This document shows, in pieces, positions 57,509 through 64,000 of a DNA stretch of 64,000 nucleotides; within the stretch, counting starts at the first letter, position 1, and each line of letters opens with the position of its first letter. The position numbers and the translations under genes are program-made. The notes beneath the pieces were generated by a model. That model was not told the origin of the DNA. It did no database searches and worked only from the letters and a program-made list of their open reading frames with translations. The DNA comes from Verrucomicrobiaceae bacterium (GTDB lineage: Bacteria; Verrucomicrobiota; Verrucomicrobiia; Verrucomicrobiales; Akkermansiaceae): the NCBI GenBank assembly GCA_051252135.1, contig JBPOGH010000016.1:1-64000 (forward strand). The letters are read 5' to 3'.

Positions 57509-58990
57509 TCACTTCAGCTTCTTCCGGTCCTCCGCCTTCTCCGCCAAGGACAGATGACGGTCAAAAAGGGTGATATACTTCTCATACCCCTTCCCCGGAA
57601 CCACTTCCTTCTTCCAATGCTTCAGCTGCCCGTCGTAGCGCTCGCGCATCTTCCCCAACACCTCGTCCTGATCCTCCAACCCCACCAGATTGGTCAACTC
57701 CAACGGGTCCTCGCCCAAATGGAAGAGCTCCTCCGCCGCCTTCATTCCCTCGCCCTCATACCACCAATAGGTGTATTTCAGCTCCTTCGTCACAATGCTC
57801 ATGCACGTCGTCGGAGCCGGCGGAAAGGTGTTCATCAATGCCAGATGGGAATGCAGTTCTTTCTCCGGTTCCGCCAACAAGGGAAGAAGACTCTTCCCAT
57901 CCATCCCCTCAATCGCTTCCACCCCCGCCAACTCCAGTATCGTCGGCGCAAAGTCGATGCTCCCCGTCAGCTGCTGACAGCGGATTCCCTTCCCCGCATT
58001 TTCACTCCGCGGATCAAAAACAATCAACGGCACCCGCGATGACTCCTCCATCGGCAGCACCTTGGACCCATAACCGTGGGACCCGCAGATAAACCCGTTG
58101 TCACTCGTGTAAATGATCACCGTATTGTCACTCACCCCCTGCGCCTCCAGCTCCTCCCGGATCATCCCCACCGCCACATCAATCGCATAAATCTGCTGAT
58201 GGTAAACCGCCATCACCTCATCATACTTCTTGTCGTATCCCCATTCCTCAAACCGCGGAAATTGCCGCCCCTGCTTGCTCTGCTCCGCCAAATGCTCTCC
58301 GTAGCGCCTCCCGTAATTCGCCGGCTTCGCAAATTCCTTCCCCTCATAAATGTGGTCAAACTTCGGGTCCGGCGTTGTCGGCCGATGCGGCGCCTTGAAG
58401 CTGATCGACAAACAAAACGGCTTCTCCGCCTCCACCGATTTCCGGATAACATCCCGCCCAAAAGCCCCATACGATAACGTGGAATGCGGGTACTTCTTCG
58501 CGTAGCTCTTCATCGCTGGATTCCGCGCCGTCCGGTAATCCGACTGCCCCTTCGCCCCGCCGTAAAAATCGAAGTCCTCCGCACAAATCCCCTTCCCCTC
58601 CACCACAATGCCAAACTTCCCCGCAAACGCCGTCAGATACCCCGCCTCCCGCAGCAACACCGGATACGACTTGCTCCAAAGGTCGGGACTCAAATTACCA
58701 TGAACGAAATTGCACCCCGTCTTGTATTCATACCGCCCCGTAAACACATTCGCCCGACTCCCCATGCAAATCGCCGTCGTGACATAATGACGGTCAAAGA
58801 TCATCCCCTCCCGCGCCAACCGGTCCATCTGCGGCGTCTGCACATCCTTGTTTCCGTAGCAACCCATCGAATACGTGCACTGATCATCCGCCATCAGGTA
58901 AATGATATTGGGCCTCGGTGAAACCACCTCCTCCACTTCATCGGCAAAACCGGAAAGAACGAGGACCGCAAAAAGAAGAACGTTTTTCAT
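57509..58990 (-). CDS. sulfatase (Cys-type)
   Basis: [36 protein letters not shown] and DFAPT. Confidence 0.92.
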   Translation of the reverse strand: MKNVLLFAVLVLSGFADEVEEVVSPRPNIIYLMADDQCTYSMGCYGNKDVQTPQMDRLAREGMIFDRHYVTTAICMGSRANVFTGRYEYKTGCNFVHGNLSPDLWSKSYPVLLREAGYLTAFAGKFGIVVEGKGICAEDFDFYGGAKGQSDYRTARNPAMKSYAKKYPHSTLSYGAFGRDVIRKSVEAEKPFCLSISFKAPHRPTTPDPKFDHIYEGKEFAKPANYGRRYGEHLAEQSKQGRQFPRFEEWGYDKKYDEVMAVYHQQIYAIDVAVGMIREELEAQGVSDNTVIIYTSDNGFICGSHGYGSKVLPMEESSRVPLIVFDPRSENAGKGIRCQQLTGSIDFAPTILELAGVEAIEGMDGKSLLPLLAEPEKELHSHLALMNTFPPAPTTCMSIVTKELKYTYWWYEGEGMKAAEELFHLGEDPLELTNLVGLEDQDEVLGKMRERYDGQLKHWKKEVVPGKGYEKYITLFDRHLSLAEKAEDRKKLK

Positions 58991-59113
58991 AAGGGTAAGC
59001 AGCCCATCCATGACGCTGATCGCCCCCCAAGCCAAGTGCCAACTTCCCCCTCCGAAAATTCCCTCCCCTGTTCCTGAAAATTCTCCTACCCTCGCCGGAA
59101 TCCCCGCCGCCCC

Positions 59114-60325
59114 ATGAATCCCGGACACGCCTTTCTCATCCTCACCTTCGCCCTCCTCACCTCACTCTCCGCCCGCGAAACCCGGGTCGACGAGATCGAC
59201 TCCCCCACCGAAGCAAAGTCCGGAAAAATCGCCCTCCTCAAAAGCGCCAAAGGCATGTCCTACTTCCTCCGCCTCCCCCGCGGCTACAAGGAAGACGACG
59301 GCGCCCGCCTCATCATGTTCCTCCACGGCTCCAACATGAACGGCCTCCAGTATCTCGAAACCTTCGAAGCCCAACGCTGGTGCAAGACCGACATCCTCGT
59401 CTGCCCCAACGGCGAAACAGGAAACAACCCGCGCGGCGCAAACAACTTCACCTTCAACAGCGCTCCCTTCGTCGCCGAAATCACCGCAGACATCCAAAAA
59501 AGCTTCAACATCACCCACAGCTACCTCGGCGGCCACTCCTAGGGCGCTTTCCTCACCTACAGCGTCATCCTCAACCACCCCGACCTCTTCCAGGGAGCCT
59601 TCCCCATCGCCGGTGATTGCTGGATGCAAAACGAACCCAACCTCTGGGAATCCAAACCCGATATCCTCGCCAAACAACAACAAATCGCCCTCGCCGTCAT
59701 CCACGGACAAGCCGACCCCATCGTCAATTTCTCCCAAGGCGAACACGCCCACGGCATCTTCCTCGCCATGGGCTACCCAAAACTCCGCTTCTTCGCCCCC
59801 GAAAAACTCGGCCACCAATTCGGCCTCAGCCCCGTCCCCGACGCCCTCGAATGGCTCGACGCCATGACCGGACACGATCACGCCAGTGCCATCAAACTCA
59901 CCAAGACCTGGGGCCGCGAAAAAGAATGGGGCTGGGCCCACCAGGCCGCCCTCGCCATCCCCGCCGACAGCCGCGAATCCCGCTCCGCCCAAAGCATCAT
60001 CGCCGCCATCGAAAAACAAGCCTCCGATGCCACCGCCACCATGAAGGCATCTCTCGACTCCAAATCCCCTCGCGAATGGATCCCCGAGTGGTTCGAGTTC
60101 CGCCGCCAATTCGGAGCCACCCAAGCCGCCAAAGAACTCGTCACGGCCTACGATGCCGCCCGCGAAAAAGAACGCGCCCAAGCCACCCAACTCTTCCGTC
60201 AGGCCAGCGCCCTCGGCCGCGCCAAAAAGCCGGACGAAATGAAAGAGACCCTCGAAAAACTCCTCACCGACACCCCGCACACCTACCACACCTGGTACGC
60301 CCTCCGCTGGACCAGGGAAAAGTAA
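59114..60325 (+). pseudogene. secreted esterase/alpha-beta hydrolase interrupted by an in-frame TAG
   Basis: Track ORFs 59114-59542 and 59624-60325 are in the same frame; TAG at 59540-59542 falls in the nucleophile elbow GGHS*GAF; LHG, HGQAD and GH motifs are intact. Confidence 0.8.
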
Positions 60326-60331
60326 CCCCGC

Positions 60332-62065
60332 CTATGCCTCCGCCCGATCGGAAATAATCTCACCCCGGTCAAACTCCAGCACCCGGTCCGCAATCCGCGT
60401 CGTGCTCAGACGATGCGCAATCAGCAACGTCGTGCGATCCTTCACCAGCTCACTCAGAGCCTCCTGAATCTTCGCCTCACTCTCGTTATCCAGCGCACTC
60501 GTCGCCTCATCTAACAGAAGAATCGGAGCATCCTTCAAAAAGGCCCGCGCCAGTGCAATCCGCTGCCGCTGACCACCCGATAGACTCGTCCCCTTCTCCG
60601 ACACCCGCTGCTCATACCCCCCATCCTGCTCCAGAATAAACTCATGGGCATACGCCTTGCGCGCCGCCTCATAAACCTCCTCCTCGCTCGCACCCGGACG
60701 ACCCAATAAAATGTTCTCCCGGATCGTTCCGCTGAAAAGAACCGCCGTCTGCGGCACCACCGCGATCGCTTCCCGCAACTCACGCTTCTTCCAGTCCCGC
60801 ACATCCAGACCGCTCACCTTCACCGCACCCTCACCCACCTCGTAAAACCGCGGAATCAAACTCGCAAAGGTCGACTTCCCCGACCCGCTCGGCCCAATCA
60901 GCGCCACACACTCCCCCGCCTTCACCGAAACACTCAGGTCCTTCAGCACCTTCTCCTCCCCATAAGAAAAACTCACCCCCTCAAAATCCACATCCCCTTG
61001 AAACGTCTCCGGCACCTTCGCATCCGGCTTCTCCAAAAGCTCGTCATCCGCATCCAGAATCACCTCAATCCGCCCCAGCGCCGCCTTCCCCTGCTGGATC
61101 AAACTATGCACCGCCCCCAACTTCTTGATCGGGTCATACGACATGTAAAGCGCGATCCCGATCGCCAGAAAACTCTCCAGCGTCATCCCCTTCCCCGCCC
61201 CCAGATACAACGCCACCGACAGCCCCAGCACCGCCACAAACTCCACCGCGGGCGAAATCATCTGCCGGTACTTGATCACCTTCATCGAATAACGGATCAG
61301 CTCCGCCACCTTCTCGTTGAACTGCCTGATCACCGTCGGCTGCATGTTGTAAGCCCGGATTTCCAGCGGAGCACCCAGCCCTTCCGAGATCTGCCCGCTC
61401 AAATCACCCGCCGTATTTTGCAGCTCCATCGCCCGCCGCGCCAACTTCTTGCCCGCCGCCCGAATCGGAAAGACGCAGATCGGAATCGTCAGCAACGAAA
61501 TCACCACCACAAAACTCCCCTGGTCCGAGTACGCCTGATACCCCAGAAATCCCAGCGAGAACACCAGCGTCGCCGGCTGCTTGATAATATCCGCACTCAC
61601 CTGCGCCACCGTCTGCCTCAAAATCTCCGCATCCCCCGTCAGCCGCGCCAACAAATCACCTGTCTGATGCCGTTGAAAAAACGACACCGGCAGCGCCTGA
61701 ATCCGCTCAAAAACCTTCCCCCGAATCCCCTCCACCACCCGATACCCGCAGTAGTTGATCAAATACGTGTTAAAATACCCCCCGATCGCCCGCACCAAAA
61801 AGATAAATGGCAGCCACAAACACGTCGCCAGCAAGAGATGGTTGTATTCCAGATTCCCCAGCCAATCCTGCATCATCTTCAGATACGCACTCGGCTCCCC
61901 CTCCGCCGCCTTCTCCCGTTGAAACAGCAACGGAAACACCACCTTGCTCGCCAGCGGCAACCCCGCCCCACTCGCCGCCGCATAAAGAAGCCCCGCCAAC
62001 AAGCCCCCCAAAAAATGCCAACGCACCGGACGGAAATAGGCCAAGTAGGGCAAATATCGCTTCAT
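60332..62065 (-). CDS. MsbA-like ABC exporter (permease + ATPase)
   Basis: TM domain, GPSGSGKS, LSGGQRQR, LLDEATSALD and IAHRLST. Confidence 0.9.
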   Translation of the reverse strand: MKRYLPYLAYFRPVRWHFLGGLLAGLLYAAASGAGLPLASKVVFPLLFQREKAAEGEPSAYLKMMQDWLGNLEYNHLLLATCLWLPFIFLVRAIGGYFNTYLINYCGYRVVEGIRGKVFERIQALPVSFFQRHQTGDLLARLTGDAEILRQTVAQVSADIIKQPATLVFSLGFLGYQAYSDQGSFVVVISLLTIPICVFPIRAAGKKLARRAMELQNTAGDLSGQISEGLGAPLEIRAYNMQPTVIRQFNEKVAELIRYSMKVIKYRQMISPAVEFVAVLGLSVALYLGAGKGMTLESFLAIGIALYMSYDPIKKLGAVHSLIQQGKAALGRIEVILDADDELLEKPDAKVPETFQGDVDFEGVSFSYGEEKVLKDLSVSVKAGECVALIGPSGSGKSTFASLIPRFYEVGEGAVKVSGLDVRDWKKRELREAIAVVPQTAVLFSGTIRENILLGRPGASEEEVYEAARKAYAHEFILEQDGGYEQRVSEKGTSLSGGQRQRIALARAFLKDAPILLLDEATSALDNESEAKIQEALSELVKDRTTLLIAHRLSTTRIADRVLEFDRGEIISDRAEA

Positions 62066-62210
62066 GATCAGTCAAACGCGAATCAGGACCGGAGCCCCCC
62101 GCGCGCGCCTCCAAGGCTACCGTCCACCCCTCCCGACGCAACGCTTTTCCCACCCCCCAATCCTTGCCTTCTCCTCCCTCCTCCCCCTAACTTGACCTCA
62201 CCACAACCGG

Positions 62211-64000
62211 ATGGCCTCATCTCAACAACTCGTGCGCTTCTTCCGCGACTGCCTCCGCGAAGAACGCTCCCGCTCGGGCATCCCCAATCTCTTCGCCTCC
62301 AGAATCCTCAGCCGACGCTTCATCACCGGCCCCGAAAAAGCCACCGCCCATGAGTTCGCCACCCTCGATCTCATGCCCTCCGTCAAGGACCCCATCGTCA
62401 ATTACGCCCAACTCCGCGGACGCAACTCCCAACTCCTCTACGCCACCCTCCCCATCACCGGACAAATCGACGGCAGGACCATCGCCGCCCCCCTCCTCCT
62501 CTATCCCGTCATCATCGATGACAACGACCTCCGGCTCCAACTCGACGAAGTCCGCATCAACCCCGCCCTCACCTCCCTCTTCCAGCTCTCCCCCTCGGCC
62601 AACAACGATCTCCTCGGCCTCATCCCCGACGGCTCCCTCAACACCGTCTCCCCCACCATCCTCGCCAAGGAACTTCAGCGCTTCCTTCCCGACCTCGACC
62701 TCTCCCCCCTCCACCCGTTCCCCGAACTGCTCGGATCAAAATCCGTCAAGGACGCCTCCCAACGCAAAACACCCTCCATCCTTCCCGCCTCCGCCCTCGT
62801 CCTTGTCGATCGCGCCAACAACGCCGCCGGACTCCTCCAGGAGCTCGATCAACTCTCCCAAATGGACGAGGAAAGCTTCCCTCCCCCACTCCAGGCCCTC
62901 CTTGGAAAAACCTACCCCGAACGCCCCAACTCCGCCCACCGCGGCAATGCCGAATCCATCCCCGCCCTCCTCTCCGCCGCCCAGCTCAATCTCCTCAACG
63001 CCATCAATTCCTTCCCCCTCAGCGTCTGCCAGGGCCCTCCCGGAACCGGAAAAACCTTCTCGCTCGCCGCCTCCGCCACCGAACAAATCCTGCGCGGCCA
63101 ATCCGTCCTCATCGCCTGCCGCTCCGACGAAGCCGCCGATGTCCTCCATCAAAAACTCAAAGCCCTCGTCCCCGATTCCCGCCTCATCGTCCGCGCCGGC
63201 CGCCGCGGCCACCTCAAATCCCTCAAGTCAAAAGTAGAACAACTCCTCTCCACCACTTCCATCCCTCCACAACCGACTTCCGAACCCTCGATCGATCCCC
63301 TGATCAAGGAACTCTACAGGCTCGAATCAGACATCCGCCTCAATATCCGCAACGCCCTCTCAAATGGCGACCTCTTCCACACCCCTCCCGAATCATGGTG
63401 GAAAAAAGCACGGAAATGGCTCCACCTGATCCAACTCAAAAAACAACCCCTCCTCGCCTCCGCCATGGGCCTCTTCTACAAGCTCCATGACTCCCGCCTC
63501 ACCCACGCCCACTCCCTCAACAAATCCCTTCACAAAAAACTCCTCCGCCACGCCCTCAACCACGCCACCACCGTATCCACCCTCCAGGCCTACCGCAAAG
63601 CCCTCCGCCACCGCTTCGCCTCAAAACAAGAAGCCGCCCTCCAGGCCATCGACCCCTCCGCCCTCTTCCGCGTCCTCCCGGTCTGGATCACCACCACCGA
63701 CGACCTCCACCGCATCCTCCCCTTCAAGCCCGGCCTCTTCGATCTCGCCATCATCGATGAAGCCACCCAATGCGACCTCCCCTCCGCCCTCCCCCTCCTC
63801 TACCGCGCCAAACGGGCCCTCGTCGCAGGCGACCCCAAACAACTCCGGCACCTCTCCTTCATCTCCACCGAAAAACACCACTCCCTCGCCAAGGCACACC
63901 AACTCTCCCCCTCCGATCAGGAAACCTTCAACTACCGCGACGTCTCCCTCATCGACCGCGCCCTCGACCAAACCATCGGCACCTCCGCCTGCTCCTTCCT
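62211..64000 (+). CDS. superfamily 1 (DNA2/NAM7-like) helicase, partial at the right edge
   Basis: ATG 62211 (MASSQQLVRFFRDC...); in-frame QGPPGTGKT at 63030, then DLAIIDEATQ and LVAGDPKQL. Missing from the ORF track because it has no stop in the window. Confidence 0.88.
   Translation, partial: MASSQQLVRFFRDCLREERSRSGIPNLFASRILSRRFITGPEKATAHEFATLDLMPSVKDPIVNYAQLRGRNSQLLYATLPITGQIDGRTIAAPLLLYPVIIDDNDLRLQLDEVRINPALTSLFQLSPSANNDLLGLIPDGSLNTVSPTILAKELQRFLPDLDLSPLHPFPELLGSKSVKDASQRKTPSILPASALVLVDRANNAAGLLQELDQLSQMDEESFPPPLQALLGKTYPERPNSAHRGNAESIPALLSAAQLNLLNAINSFPLSVCQGPPGTGKTFSLAASATEQILRGQSVLIACRSDEAADVLHQKLKALVPDSRLIVRAGRRGHLKSLKSKVEQLLSTTSIPPQPTSEPSIDPLIKELYRLESDIRLNIRNALSNGDLFHTPPESWWKKARKWLHLIQLKKQPLLASAMGLFYKLHDSRLTHAHSLNKSLHKKLLRHALNHATTVSTLQAYRKALRHRFASKQEAALQAIDPSALFRVLPVWITTTDDLHRILPFKPGLFDLAIIDEATQCDLPSALPLLYRAKRALVAGDPKQLRHLSFISTEKHHSLAKAHQLSPSDQETFNYRDVSLIDRALDQTIGTSACSF

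Noticed and set aside
59540..59542. Genome-wide TAG reassignment or pyrrolysine
   Set aside because: TAG ends several intact genes here (pseB, methyltransferase, porin, nasA) and no pyl genes are seen.
805..63971. Many long overlapping ORFs in the track (e.g. 2312-4093 -, 10618-11880 -, 16688-18961 +, 31749-33392 +, 60998-62353 +)
   Set aside because: Shadow frames of real genes caused by extreme third-position bias; low-complexity S/P/T or G/E/V/D translations with no motifs.
1..64000. rRNA, tRNA and CRISPR arrays
   Set aside because: No cloverleaf, rRNA signature or regularly spaced repeat array was recognised by eye in the intergenic regions.

Overview
Bacterial chromosome segment, most likely from a Verrucomicrobiota genome (inferred from two PEP-CTERM proteins, a DUF1592/DUF1552 pair, a sulfatase, a DUF1080 protein and an ECF sigma factor with a long C-terminal extension). 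In order: (1) 1-0.9 kb, the end of an integron-like cassette array, with a 5'-truncated group IIC-attC intron carrying two ~60 bp insertions. (2) 1.0-13.4 kb, LPS genes and a pseudaminic-acid-type (pseB/C/G-H/I) surface-glycan cluster with an inverted three-gene block. (3) 13.7-20.6 kb, a block with reversed strand composition. (4) 20.6-27.5 kb, housekeeping and lineage-specific genes. (5) 27.6-51.0 kb, the most interesting region: a nitrate/nitrite assimilation island (LysR, NrtABCD-like ABC system, porin, NirA, NasA). It also encodes an unusual membrane electron-transfer set: a siroheme-less NirB-like flavoprotein fused to a putative di-heme b membrane domain, a ~decaheme cytochrome c, two monoheme c lipoproteins, a globin and a DmsB-DmsC fusion. 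Most transcription units there have a sigma54-like promoter with an ATGAA-N5-TTCAT palindrome at helically phased distances, and a duplicated structured RNA element flanks nrtA. (6) 51-64 kb, mixed genes, cassette-like ORFs, an esterase with an in-frame TAG, an MsbA-like exporter and a partial SF1 helicase. No rRNA, tRNA or CRISPR array was seen. All calls come from reading motifs by eye; no searches were run.
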